A DNA stretch of 62,807 nucleotides, the filler included, from Dimargaris cristalligena (Eukaryota), in the NCBI GenBank assembly GCA_003614675.1. It is 18 parts of 18 records of this genome, joined end to end, with 100 filler letters (N's around TTAATTAATTAA, not from the genome) between each part and the next. Parts side by side here need not be neighbours in the genome. Positions count along the whole stretch, not along the records: positions 10,580 to 13,991 come from ML003950.1; positions 14,092 to 17,497 come from ML003951.1; positions 17,598 to 21,001 come from ML003952.1; positions 21,102 to 24,504 come from ML003953.1; 14 more parts are not named here. One strand, given 5' to 3'. Within the stretch, counting starts at the first letter, position 1. Every line of letters starts with the position of its first letter. The notes below the pieces were generated by a model. That model was not told the DNA's origin. It ran no database searches and was given only the letters and a program-made list of their open reading frames with translations. Made by a program: the position numbers and the translations under genes. This document shows positions 11,810-24,604 of this stretch, in pieces.

Positions 11810-13150
11810 AGTGGGATGGATGGGATGGAATGTATTAAAATATTGCAATATGTTAATAGCCTGGCTCTTTAGTAGAGATACTAATGGTGTATGGGTTGAA
11901 AGTGGGAAGTGAGGAATGTAATAGTATTGTTAATAATATTTTTAGAGAGGACAGACCTCACTCTTTTAATATCTAAATCAGCCAACCCCTTGATATGGTG
12001 CTCTGCCTATGCTGGGCTATGGTTTTAAGCTACCTGGGGCATTTTCTTGGCTATGCCCAATTAATTAATACATCCCCAAGGGAAGGCTCATACCCCCATA
12101 TCCATATAACTGGTCGATCTTAATAGTCTGATTACCAACAGGTTCACTCTCGATGCCTAATCCCTCCACTTTTTACACCCCCCTCGTCCAACTTTACACA
12201 AACATATTTTTAATTTCGATGAATGAGTAATACCATCAGTGATAGACCTGCTGTTGGAAATAAATTGCTAGAAAATGGACAGGGGCTATTCTCACCCAAA
12301 CCACCACCACCTCCAACCTACTCATTTTTAATATCTGTGGATAGGATATTGGGCCATGCAATCCCTTTGTTGATACTTAAATTGTCCCAGTCCAGTGTAT
12401 AAGCCTAGCGCAGATTACCCCAAGTACAAAGAATATATACAAAATGTCAAATCAACTGTATAGTGGTGCCGGTGGTAGATAATGCCATAAGGAAATCGTA
12501 CATTAATCTACTGTCTTTACCTGCACGTGGGCCGTTGGGCAGACTAATGAAAGGGGCTCTGTGTGAGGCGATGTCTGCCTTGACATGGTGGACTTTAGCT
12601 GTCTAGGCAATGTCGGCCACCCTCTAGTGACTTACGGTCTATCACAGACACTTCCTACCTATACCCCAACCAATGTGTGTCTAATAATAGGCCCATTTGG
12701 TTTACTATATACTAACTAATAATAGTAAAAAAGGGCTGTCAAACACATGGGAGAGTTTTACTCCACTATCCAGGGCTTTAAGTTATGTGTAGAGGCAAAT
12801 ATAAGGGACCCTCAAATAAACCATTGATTTTTGACTCATACAATAAATTTCTGGTAATATAGCCGCGTTGAACCCCTATCATATGGATATTAAGGCACAT
12901 CCGGGATATTCCGAGGATTCAGTCACATTAGACCATTTGATGGATATCTATTAGTGAAAACGACATATGAAAGAGTATTTCACCACAGCTAAAGAGCACT
13001 TTAGGTCTCCGCCGGATTGTTAGCTTAGGGGGAAATTGAACAATATCCAACAAAACCAGCCCCACCAAGCAAGTCTTCCAATTTACAGTCGGGACAAGCC
13101 TATTTTTAGGTAATACCAACTACTATTTTTGCCATGCGACCCATGAATTG

Positions 13151-13300
13151 ATATGGGCGAAATTGAACACAGCTGTATAAGATTTGCGTTGAATTATAGA
13201 TGGTAGATTGAGCAGTTTCTATTTTCAACCAGTATAATTATTACACAAGACGGATTCATTGTTATATAATAGAACCAAATCGGAGACTTACTTCGAAATA
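13151..13300 (-). mobile_element. MITE copy, diverged, reverse orientation
   Basis: ATATGGGCGAAATTGAACACAGCTGTATAAG matches the reverse complement of the 3' end of the 56359-56502 copy; internal TTTTCAACCAGTA also matches. Confidence 0.55.
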
Positions 13301-14091
13301 TAGGAAGACACCATTAAGTATTTTTTTATAAACACAGGCCGGTCACACAAATCATAAGAGTAGCTGCTAGTTGGAGTATAGCTAAAATCAGCATAACATT
13401 GGTATAAAAGTATCAAATGTACACCCATTGTACAGTTGTATTAGAAAGTGGGGAATACGATACATACTGGTTGATACTGAAGACCATTTCAATAGGACTA
13501 ATACAAAGCGTAAATGGTCTAGAAAATACCGGAATTGCCACCAAATGGACTGCACTACCCAGCCCAGTATTACTAGTGGTAATATGGCTTTTTCAACTAG
13601 CTAGTTCAATAATTTCTACTGAAACTAACAAAGGGCCTCATCCAAAGACCACATATCCTTCACGCAGCCACTATGGCATTATCATTACTATAGAACAGTC
13701 TAGATTTATTGCCTTGGCATTTCTCTTTATTACATTCTACATCCAAAACATATATATATTCAACTCCTTATTAATTCATCAAACACAACAGCCAATATAA
13801 ATAGGGTAGATTCCCACATTGAAAAGCAACTTTATATACAAAATTATAAGGTAAACTAAACTAAATGTACCGATTTAACCTACTCATTGGCAGGCACCAC
13901 CTTGGTTTGGATTATTCAGTGGCTGGTACAATCGGCAAGCCCCTATCTGCATCAGACAGGGGCTTGTCCCGTTCTGTTGTCGGGTAATTTCNNNNNNNNN
14001 NNNNNNNNNNNNNNNNNNNNNNNNNNNNNNNNNNNTTAATTAATTAANNNNNNNNNNNNNNNNNNNNNNNNNNNNNNNNNNNNNNNNNNNN

Positions 14092-15204
14092 GGACAGGGA
14101 GTATATTGGGCCAAAGGAAGGTTGGGTGTCAGGGAGAAGTGGGATATGGTGGTAATAAGCACAGTGGGCAGGGAGTTGTTCTGATTTTTCTTTACTAAAA
14201 ATGTCATTGAAGTTGGCGTACTCGGGTGGGATAGTAATTTTGGCTGTGGATGAGATATTGAGGGTATTAAGGTGACCAGCGTAGATAGCTTTGCCAGAAT
14301 CAATATAATCAGCTAGTTCATATTGGTCTACAAATTCTATAGTACCAGGCTTATTATTGAGGCAGTTGTTTAAACAGTATGAGGACCAAAATACTAAGGA
14401 ATCATATTCCCAATTAACTTTAGGATTGTGTTTTTGAAGCCAGGAAAGGCCAATTACAATATCATAGTGACCCAAATTGGTAACAAATAGGGAGAGGGTT
14501 TCATGGTGATCAAGAATAGTTAAGGAGAGGGGGCTAGTACGGTGAGTAACAGCACCTGAGGAGATTGAGCGGCCATCAATAACTGTAAGGGTAATTGGGG
14601 AGGCAAGTTCTTCAAGGGGGATTTGATGGGTAGAGATAAATTGTGAATCAATAAATGAATCACTGGCACCAGAGTCCAGCATGGCATCAGCATAAATAGG
14701 TGTATTACCCAGGGTTATACAAACAGAGATAACAATATGCTGTTTTGTTCCTACAGCAGATAAAATTAGGTCAGGTAAATTAGAACTAGAATCCATAACT
14801 GGGGAAGTACTGGGGTTTGTAAGGGGGGGAGAAGGTAGGATCGAACAAGAGTAAGGGCTAGGGACCAGGGCAGGGTAACAGGCGGGGCTAGGGACTAGGA
14901 CTGGGTATGGGTTAAAACTTTGAACTTGGATAGGGCTAAGGTCGGGCTTTTGGACTATAGTGGGATAGGTGGCAGACTATTGGGAGGGGATGGGGGATTG
15001 TTGACGTGAGGACAATGGGGATAACTTGTAAATTTCTTCAGTTTCTTGTGATGTTGGATATTTATTGGAAGGGCTACTTTTATCAAGAATTGAAAAGAAA
15101 CTGGGGCGGCCAAAAGGAATGGCATTAGTATTACCCAGTGATGGAGTATCCTGACGGCTACCCAGACAGCTGTCCTCTATTGGCGCTGGGTATTGATGTT
15201 TTTT
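14092..15204 (-). pseudogene. pol: pol N-terminus (linker + aspartic protease), reached by -1 frameshift; one in-frame stop
   Basis: Protease motif AMLDSGASDSFID and YDIVIGLSWL. The -1 frame is open from the slippery site A-AAA-AAC (15204-15198) to the protease, except for TAG at 14979-14977. Confidence 0.85.
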
Positions 15205-16142
15205 GCTTCATCCTCAGCAGGGATAATTATAGAGATATTAGCAGGACGTTGGGTGGGGCGAGCAGGACAGTTAGCCACAATATGGCCTGAATTTCCACAA
15301 TACAGGCAGAGGTTTAAATTTCTGCATCTAAGTTTTTCTTCAGAGGAAAGGGGACCACGGGGGGCTATGGAGAGAGCATCAACCTCCATGGCTTGGGGAG
15401 GGGGCGGTCTGGGAGGAGCGGGGGCTTGAGGTAGGTAGTTTGTACGGACAGTTGAATTTCGTTTTTCCAAAAGACGGTCATAAAGACGTTCATCAATCTT
15501 GGTAGCTAGACAAATCATATCAGATAGAGAGGATTGACGTGTGGTTCTTGAGAGTTCATCCTTGACATCATTCTTAAGTCCTTTATAGAACTGGAAGGGA
15601 AGTGCATCATCATTCCAGTTGATAAGACTAGTAAGGCGTCGGAATTCAGAGGCATAGGCAGATACAGAATGGGTTTGACGTAGTTTATCAAGGAGCCGTT
15701 CTGCACTAGCTACTTGGTCGGGCTCACCAAATATAATTGATAACTCACAGACAAAAGACTCATAGTTTAAGAGAACTTCGGGGGTTTCAACCATTGATAA
15801 GTAAGGCTGGATCCAGGAAAAAGCAGAGCCACGAAGGAAGGAGGCAGCATATGAGGTTTTGGATGTTTCTGAGACAAATCTGCTTGGTTGAATACGAAAA
15901 ATGAGATTGACCTGAGCTATAAATGTCAGTAGTTTTGAGCGATTACCATCAAAGAATTCGGGGTTGGCAATACTAGGTTCACAGGGGTAAGCTGGGAGGA
16001 TGGCCTGGAGGTTGGGTTGAGAGAGGGTACGGACCTTTTCCTCAAGGGCTTGGACAACTGTTGCCATCTTGCAGAGTTCTTGGTATTCCCTCTTGGTGAG
16101 AGTAACAATTTCTTCAGTGGGAGGAGGGTCAGGAGGGGACAT
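15177..16142 (-). CDS. gag: Gag polyprotein (retrotransposon capsid + CCHC zinc knuckle)
   Basis: PEFFDGNRSKL..., LRQTHSVSAYASEF, FYKGLKNDVKDEL, and CLYCGNSGHIVANC. The first ATG after the PBS is at 16142. Confidence 0.93.
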   Translation of the reverse strand: MSPPDPPPTEEIVTLTKREYQELCKMATVVQALEEKVRTLSQPNLQAILPAYPCEPSIANPEFFDGNRSKLLTFIAQVNLIFRIQPSRFVSETSKTSYAASFLRGSAFSWIQPYLSMVETPEVLLNYESFVCELSIIFGEPDQVASAERLLDKLRQTHSVSAYASEFRRLTSLINWNDDALPFQFYKGLKNDVKDELSRTTRQSSLSDMICLATKIDERLYDRLLEKRNSTVRTNYLPQAPAPPRPPPPQAMEVDALSIAPRGPLSSEEKLRCRNLNLCLYCGNSGHIVANCPARPTQRPANISIIIPAEDEAKNINTQRQ

Positions 16143-16177
16143 ATTGGTAGGTGGCCTATAGGAATCAGCTTGCAAAC

Positions 16178-16545
16178 TGTTATGATGAGCTAAAGATGAG
16201 GCCAGGTACCATAAGACAGGCGGGACTTTGAAGGATGGAATTAGGATTTATTAAACTAGATATCAGAAAAGGAAAACAAAGAGGAGTTGCAAGCTGAAGA
16301 GCAAGCTAAGGGAAAATGGTTGGGGTTATATCCCAACCCAAGGGGCAGGGGAAGAATGATAATAACTAATAGATACAAATCAGTAACTAGATAATATGAG
16401 GAATAAACACTGGGAAATAAAACATAGTAGGGTGATGGGTATATATCTTGGTAATGTTGGATATTAATTTTACCCATTTGTTAATATGGGTTTTTTTACT
16501 TATATGGTGGGTTATTTATATAGTTCAAATTTACCGGTCATGACA
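16178..16545 (-). repeat. 5' LTR of family B element (368 bp)
   Basis: TG..CA termini with a 7/8 inverted match, TATAA at 16330-16326, directly upstream of gag; second copy near 8025-8230. Confidence 0.88.
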
Positions 16546-17497
16546 GCTTGACACCACCACACTGTGACACCGAGTTTGTCAATAAGCTTATCACTGAGTT
16601 CACCAAGTCTGCTACCATTGACCACCAATTAATCACCCCTTACCATCCCCAAGCTAATGGTGCTACTGAAAGAACTGTCCAGACTGCCAAGAGTATTATG
16701 GTCAAACTCATTTATGGAACCAAGCACCGATGGGACCTTATTCTGCCTTTTGTCCAGTACTGTATCAACACTAAGGTTACCAATAGGCACAAGATGACAC
16801 CTTTCCTGGTCTTCTTTGGATGTCAGCCTAACCAGCTTCGAGAATACCAAGCAGCCACCAATGTACCCAAGAGACTTACCACCAAAGACCTGTGAGAACT
16901 TGACCAGCGCATCCAGTTTATAATGAACACCCTGTTCCTTGCAGTCACTGATATCACCACCATCACCAACACTAAGGCCAAGAGTAAGGATACTCTACCT
17001 GTTTCTGTCGAGCTCAAGAATGGCACATATGTCATGTTCCGAGACCCCCTGCACAAGACCTCCACTGAAGCTCAATTCTAAGGACCTTTCAAAGTAATCA
17101 ATCAGACCAAGGCCAGTACCTATGTTCTCCAAGATATTGATGGTAAACTCCTCCCTCACAACTACCATTCCAGTTCCCTCCATGCCATTTCCGACCAGCC
17201 CCTTTTCTATGACCTATCTCATATGGTTGAAGTTATCTTATAACATAAGAAGGCCAAGGGTAAGTTACTCTATCATGTTAGATGGAACAACCATGATGCT
17301 ACTGAGGACTCCTAGGAACCCACCAAGAACTTTGATAATACAACCACTATTACCAACTACGGGAAGTGAGCCCAGTCCACTAAGTAGTCTTCTCCCTTAT
17401 TTTATTCTGGGAGGGAATGATGTGGTAAACTTACCACATTTTTTACCTACTTTTATTTTTTATCTATTTTTCGCACTTATCGGAAGTACGCCCCTGA
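16546..17497 (+). mobile_element. Chromoviral Ty3/gypsy element (family A), 3' end: integrase, chromodomain, PPT, 3' LTR start; degenerate
   Basis: Integrase core TEF...TPYHPQANGATER, GPF motif near 17082, chromodomain VEVIL*HKKAKGKLLYHVRWNNHDATEDS*EP (~17220-17370), PPT GGGAGGGAATGA at 17409-17420, LTR starting TGTGG at 17421. Confidence 0.92.
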
Positions 17498-17597
17498 NNN
17501 NNNNNNNNNNNNNNNNNNNNNNNNNNNNNNNNNNNNNNNNNTTAATTAATTAANNNNNNNNNNNNNNNNNNNNNNNNNNNNNNNNNNNNNNNNNNNN

Positions 17598-18135
17598 GTT
17601 TGGGGGTACTCGGGTACTCGGCGGTCAGGGCGGCCCGTAGCTCCTGGAGGAAAATTAACAGGTTGGGCGAGTCATTGGCCTTGTCTACCACGTTACACAA
17701 CGATCCCATGCGGCCGGGATACTCCCAGTCGATATCAATACCGTCCAGCTGGTGGATTTTGATGTGTTGCAGGATGGCCGCAATAGTGTAGGTACGCTTC
17801 TCGAGAGTCGACACCATGGGGGAGAATTGGGCCGATGCGGTCCAACCGCCCACGGACAGCAGCACCTGCACTTGATTCTGGTGGGCCAAACCGACCACCT
17901 CGTCGAGCAAAGTCCCCGTTTCCAGAGTCACGTTTCCCTGAGCGTCCAGAATACCAAAGGCGTAGTTGATGTGGGTCAGTTTGGTGTAGGGGATATCCTT
18001 GGCCGCGAGAATTCCGCTGGTCCAATCGGCGTAGTAGCCGACCACTCGAGTCGAACTAACTGGGGCCACAAGGCTGCTGAGAAGAGGGGCGGCAAGGGAC
18101 AGAAACCCCGCCACAGATTTCATGGAGATCCTCAT
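17598..18135 (-). CDS. Secreted GH18 chitinase, 3' truncated by the gap
   Basis: Signal peptide, VVGYYADW, LTHINYAF, LLSVGGW, and the catalytic LDGIDIDWEYPG (DxxDxDxE). Confidence 0.96.
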
Positions 18136-20895
18136 CGTCGAAGAGGGTTAGTAATTAAAGGTGTTAAAAATAAGACTGCTTTAGGAGGCGAATGGAAAAG
18201 GTCCACTATTCGACCGGGAATAGAGATGGGGCGTGTGAAGGGGAATTAGAGGAGAATTATAGGGATAGTGCCGAAAAACCCAGAGAGGAGTGAACCAATC
18301 CAAATGCAACCTATTGGAAATCGAAAGTCGTACAAATTGCACGACAACCGAGAAATAAAGCGAAGAGAAAGTGTTAAGTATAAGTTAATTAGGTGGCACG
18401 GTCTGGCCTATATATATATACCATTTTTAAGGAGTAGATACCGGAGTGTAGCCCATGGCTTCTGCGGAGCAGATTAGGCTACCAATTAAGACCACCCGAT
18501 CCCTCCATAATCTTCACTCGCCTATGGTGTTTGGGCGAGTTAGGTCAGGCGATATTCTCCCGACAAATCAAACGGCCATCGGTACTAACTCTTCCACTGA
18601 GACCGAGATGCCAGAATACAGGGGAGGGGTGAGGATTTCCCTACATGGCTACACCCTCACCTGTATTCTCTAATCCCCCGGAAGATAATCTGCTGAAATC
18701 CATTATAGATGAACAGGGCTAGTCAATACCATTGCCCATTTGGGAATGTCGATACACCATTTGCTTTTGTAAAACATCAATCATCGCCGACCTCATCATG
18801 ATAATCCAATCTATACGGCAAGGCATTGCTTCTGCCAGTGCCGCCGCTTTCCCAATCGTGCCTACAGTATAGCAGGGCCTTACTACAGCCATACACTTTG
18901 AATTCTCTTGACCATCGTTTGTCCCTAATGGAACTCAAAGCGCAGCACTTCCCTCGTCAGAGTGCCAACTGCGTCCATGGGTATGACAGTGTCTTACTAC
19001 TGCTGTACCCCCCTTCCAAGTCATTTATTAAACCGAGTCACCATAGCATGAAGCGTCAGCCTTTCCCATGACAGTGAAGTAGTTTATAAGCACTATTCGC
19101 AAATGACAAGGCGCTTCGCAGTGTATATTCATTTTTTTTTTGCATAACCGTGTGGAGGCATAGAGCAATATCGTTAGGATGACATTTGTCGGCAAATGGC
19201 CCCCACCCAGCCATTATGTGCCAATATAGGGACGACCAGACGGTTCAAAAATGGCAAGATTTACTGGAGTGTTCACGAATTAATTGCCGTTTCTAGCTAA
19301 AGTTCATGAGGGTTAGTTCCAATCAACCAGTTAAACAAAAAGGCCAGCCACATTCTCCTTCTGTGGGCATCGAGGTCTATCATCTACTAACTAATAGTGG
19401 AGGATATACATTTCAAGATGAGAATGCGAACCCACGAGGAAAACCAAGATGCCTGAGAATCGATGGGTTAGCACTGGTGCGGAATTATATATTACCAGGA
19501 TCTACAGGTCAATTCGCTTGATTGGTCAGAGGTTAGATCGTCAGTGATCTACCCTAGCGAGCAGGAGGCTATTCCCTTAAAAAGGATGTCACTTGGTGAC
19601 AATTGGTGTATAGGTAGAGATGCGAAAGGCAATCTATGCCATAGTAAGTTAGGCAGCGGTGGTTTTGGGGGCGTGTGTTCCCCACTGTACCTTACAAAAC
19701 CGTTTCCCTTGAGCCATTAGTATATTGTTTACACCTTAGTCGGCGGATTCCTGGCCTTGGTGATGAATAAGCACGTTGGTCTGGCGGGTAATTGCACAAT
19801 AATGTTTGCTTCGTGTCGTGGCAAGGTCACATGCATTGTTGCTTCTGATAGATGGAGGCAACATGGCATGACCTAGTCAATCAACTGCTATACCAAACAG
19901 GGCACACAATATCGGCCTCTTCCAGTATAGTTGGATTAGTATTAGTTCAAGGACAGAGGGAGGTGTGGTCCCTATTTCTCAACGGTGAGGGGGCCACCCC
20001 AAATAGCGCTTTTAAACGGTCATTCAGTGATCCTGACATCATTCTAGATTGGCTTAAACGTATCCAATTAAATATTGTACGCTGTCTTTAGTGCCCAATA
20101 TATACAATTTATCTGGCCCACTGTCAACTCCCGGGCGAGTAAAAGCCTATAGTGTTTCGGTAAGTGACCTTGTATTGTATTTTCGCCATAATCATCCCCG
20201 GATTGCCCTGAGATCAAGGGGGTCATATATGCCCTTTAGCTCTGCCAATAGCCGCTCACATAGCCCTATTTAAACCATCAATCACCAGCCGTCTATAGCC
20301 ATACCAATCGAATGCTAGGGAAATCCAATTAAGGTGATATCCCTTCATCCGCCTTCACTACCTGGACCGGCAACCCTCTAGGGTTATTTTTCATTAATAA
20401 CCCACAGCTGAGATTTCAATGGAATACTCACAATCCCAAAATCCCAGTGACATTTACCTTTGGCAGCAGCTGAATACTTGAGTCTTGATTATAAGACTCG
20501 TATGGTCATTGCACTTAGCTATAAATATATATATAGTGGTATACATTGTAAAATGGTTGTGGGTGTTGTATTGGGTAATCTGTGCACCATGAGTTTAACT
20601 AGAAGGCTACAGTCAGTAAATTTGAGGAGGATACATGCAACACAGTTGATGATCCTATTTGAAAGGTCCAGGGGTGGTCCTATAACTACCCATTTCTGAT
20701 GAAATGGCCCTTACCTTTCAAAAGGCAATCAACATAATATTGTAGTATGTAATCCTTATAAATGACAGAATGTCTAGATCCAGAAAGAGTGTACTTCAAG
20801 GACACAGAAGACAATGGTACAAAGTGTCATGACTGGTTAATTCAAACTACAAGAATAACCAGCTATACAAGTAAAAAACCCATACCAATGGATGG

Positions 20896-21001
20896 TGTGG
20901 TAAACTTACCACATTTTTTACCTACTTTTATTTTTTATCTATTTTTCGCACTTATTGGAAGTATGCCCCTGATGAGTGAATGAGCCCCTGCCCCTGCCCC
21001 T
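20896..21001 (+). mobile_element. LTR family A start, cut by the gap
   Basis: Near-identical to 17421-17497, with no PPT upstream, so a 5' LTR or solo LTR. Confidence 0.9.
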
Positions 21002-21169
21002 NNNNNNNNNNNNNNNNNNNNNNNNNNNNNNNNNNNNNNNNNNNNTTAATTAATTAANNNNNNNNNNNNNNNNNNNNNNNNNNNNNNNNNNNNNNNNNNN
21101 NTGGAGTCCGGAGCCCCATTAAAGTGCAGAGGGGGGGTGCTATTAGGTTATTTAGTAGTATCACTCAGC

Positions 21170-21790
21170 ATGCCATGATTGATTGTCAGTTGTAGATACT
21201 AAGCCCTGCTTATGATTCAACCAACCAACCGATGCATAGCTGGCATTTATCCCATTGCCGTCTATTCCGATAGTTTCCATTTAACCAATGCTGCGATTAA
21301 TACCTCGTAATTACTTAGCTGCTGATATAATTCCAACGATTACATTTCATCGTTGTTCTTACTTGCAATCCATGTTTGTATCCTTTTTGTAAAGTAACTA
21401 ACGCTCTTGTAGTTGTCGATTTTGCGTATAAAAGACGCTGGAATCCTGCGAAGGAAACACAGCAACCCGTCAATCCATTTCAGATCATATTGCGAGACTA
21501 TTGTTTTAAAATAAACTGTTACTACCTTCGCTATTAGTTCCAGAGCACTTCGGCAATCGGGATCCCTTGTTTGCTACAATCTTACCCACCGCCTATCACG
21601 AGTTTAAGCGCCCCCAAATCTAGCCTGTCTGCGTCGTCGAGCAATACCGTGTTTGTTGGTCGGAGACCCTACAGTTAGGCGTCTAAGTATGCTGAAAAGG
21701 AAGTCGAGCCCATACCTCGCATTCCTAAGCCCAGTGCACCGAAGTTGGAGCAGCCCAGCACTATATAGTGAGCCCCCCCTTCCAATACCA
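21170..21790 (-). repeat. Unclassified dispersed repeat (same family as 940-1600)
   Basis: Shares blocks with 940-1600 and 49350-49870. Confidence 0.7.
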
Positions 21791-22286
21791 AATGCCTGTG
21801 CCAGGGTAGCCTATTAACCTTTGCCGGGTTTGAATTGAGAGCTTCATAAGCATATAAAATGAACCCACTACATTGATGCGCACTAAACGGGGCAATTGGT
21901 TAGTCCCTAGAATGGGCCGATATAGTTAAAGCTACACTTTAACAGGAGGGCATGGATATATATGTAAAAAGGGTTATATTTGGGGTGGGTGGTCATGATG
22001 GCCATACATGATATACCAAAGCTGCGATGGTCCCAAGGAATAAACCCCATCGTGGACATACTGTTTCCTGTTTCTCTCCAATTACATTAGTTTAATGATA
22101 GTCGCTATACTTCTTCATTTTAACCACTGTAAATGTACCCTGTCGATCTCTAGCCGCTTCCATTTTATACGATTTTATTGATATGAGATAGGTTCGGGCG
22201 TACTATATAGCAAATCACATGGTCGATAAAATGGGTTTTACTGCTTAGAAACGAATTCCCCACCTGTTTCAGCATTCATTAACAAA

Positions 22287-23665
22287 TTACATGTACATCA
22301 ACAATGGCGACCCAAATGCATTAAAAACCTTTGGAATATCCACAAGGGGAAGATGGAACGTCCGCTGGTTTTCCATCGCAACCAGAATCGCTTCCCGGCT
22401 ATCCTCAATAGGGTCGTTTAAGAAACGACTGGCTTGGGGAAACTCATTGAAAAAATCTCCCGAGGTAAAGCTCGACATCTTTTGGTCCATGATGGTGTTG
22501 CGAAGATTATCCTTGGTACTCCCGGCTGGGATACTATACCAGTGCAGCACGGAGTAATAGAGGTCATACAGGGCTCGGGTTAGCTGACTCGGTTCAAACC
22601 TCAGACTCATTAAAAACCGGGCAGCTTCGGATTGGTTGAACCAAAAGGCCCACATGACCGAGGTGAAAATCTCCATGGGCGTCAGTAAACTCATCAATTG
22701 CATTCCGGCTAATCGACGTAGGGAATCAACGTCCCCCTTTACCGCCATCACCTTGATGGAGCCATTCAACTGGGCTTGCCAGGCCGTTAAGGTCCAGGCG
22801 ACCCTACTGGAGATGGAAATGTCCCCTACAGTTCGATGATTTATACAGCTCTCTTGGACTGTTTTTTCAACAAGAGCCAATAATTGCATAGCCAAATCGA
22901 CATACCCCAAGCGGAAGAGTCTGGGGATAATGCTGTGCTGCAGGGTAGTCGTCGCTATATCATTGCCACCGACTTTTCGCAGATCAAACGATTCTCGATT
23001 TCCGAGAATGTAGTCGTTGATTAATTGACTGGATGTCAATGGTGGCATCAGAAGTTAATCCAGGCTGGCGAACGTAGTCCCAGAAACGAGTCTGCATCTA
23101 TCGGATAACAATATAGAAAGTTAAGCGTGTACATACATTAGAGAGTCAGGGGTTAGGCCGGCGGGATAGCACTTTTTTTAAAAAACAAACAAACAAACAT
23201 AAACTGATATTCAACACCGACTCTATTGTTTATATCGGGAGCTAGATAACTACGGGGGGCATTACTTACAGCAGCAGTGATTTCATTAGCCTCTCGAATT
23301 TCACCTAATACATCACTCGTCGGGACTTCGGGCTCAGCGGGTGGGTCATTTTGGCCATTCTGGATTTCCTGCAGGATTTGGATAATGACGCCGGTCTGCT
23401 GAGGCGTGAATTGCATGGTTGGTGGATTGCCGTTGTTGTCAGTTGGGGGAATGGTGATTCCGGCTTCTTCCAGTCGTCGTTCGAATTCAGCGGCTGCCGG
23501 TCCAGTTAGTTGAATATTCCCGATAGTGTTGAGTGCTTCGGGTTGGGACCGTCCAATCGAATTATGAGGAAGATTTCCTTGGTCCGGAACCGGGGAGCCC
23601 AACAAGGTCGGGGTTAGCAAGCTGATAGCCGGTAGCGCAAGCAGGAAGTAGGTCAACTTAAACAT
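22287..23665 (-). pseudogene. Secreted orphan protein, family B copy 1; frameshift early in exon 2
   Basis: Signal peptide MFKLTYFLLALPAISLLTPTLLG-SP. Exon 1 is 23665-23270; intron 23269-23098 (GTAAGT..TAG). Exon 2 starts MQTRFWDYVRQPGL, but the long downstream ORF (23048-22287) is in another frame. Paralog at 50222-51618. Confidence 0.75.
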
Positions 23666-24604
23666 GGCTTAGCAACTTTAGTTGGGAATGACTAGGCTAT
23701 ACTTAAGGGAGGGGGTAAACTAAAGTATAAAATCCGGAGAGAATGAGGCATATGGTTGGAGATGATACGGGTGGGTCACAGCTACGCTTTTATACTGACA
23801 GGGGATCCCGGCTTTTTGAGACTGCCGAGATTTAGTGCTCGTCGAGAAGTGATCTTGAGTGCTCTTTGCCAAAAGGCCAATACCCCCCCCCCCTCCCACC
23901 CTTGTCCACTGGTATTTCTCAAACATGCCCCAGCCCCGCTAATAGTATGTGGTTACACCTACCTGGCACAAGTGTAATTCCCTTTGGATGTTGTCTATAT
24001 TAGATCATAGCATTGTAGTCGACGGCTAAAGGCCTTATTGTATTTACGTTGGTACCAACACCACATATGAAGGGCCTTTACACCACTTCCACATCACTCA
24101 TCAAGGATATACATCACTCAACGGGATATATAGCTGCGTTGCACCGGACCTTCAAAGAGACTCCCATTGGGTTTAGGAATTTAAGGTCTCATTTCGTACT
24201 ACGACATTGCTCCCTTTTAACCTTAGAGGATATCCCCCTCTATGGCAAGGCTATTTTCCCTATATCCCTGAGCCGATTTTGATTGAACAAGGGTGAATTG
24301 AGCCCATTTTTTAGCCCAAAATGTAGGGGAGGAGGGGTGGTGCACAGGAGGGGGTTTTCCACCTTGCTCTGCTATAGGACCCACTGGTCTCCCGTGTCCT
24401 ACCCTGGCCACGGCCATCTGTACATCCATTGGCAGTGCTATTATTCATTGAATTACAGGTCTGCCAAGCCTGCCGTTTCATACAGCGGGTTCCATGGACT
24501 ACACNNNNNNNNNNNNNNNNNNNNNNNNNNNNNNNNNNNNNNNNNNNNTTAATTAATTAANNNNNNNNNNNNNNNNNNNNNNNNNNNNNNNNNNNNNNNN
24601 NNNN

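Larger units (their letters stand above)
14092..16545 (-). mobile_element. Ty3/gypsy LTR retrotransposon (family B), 5' part: LTR, gag, protease
   Basis: 5' LTR 16545-16178 (TGTCATGA...TCATAACA), gag with zinc knuckle, and aspartic protease in the -1 frame. Cut by the gap just before RT (HHIPLLPDTQPSFGPIYSLS). Confidence 0.95.
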
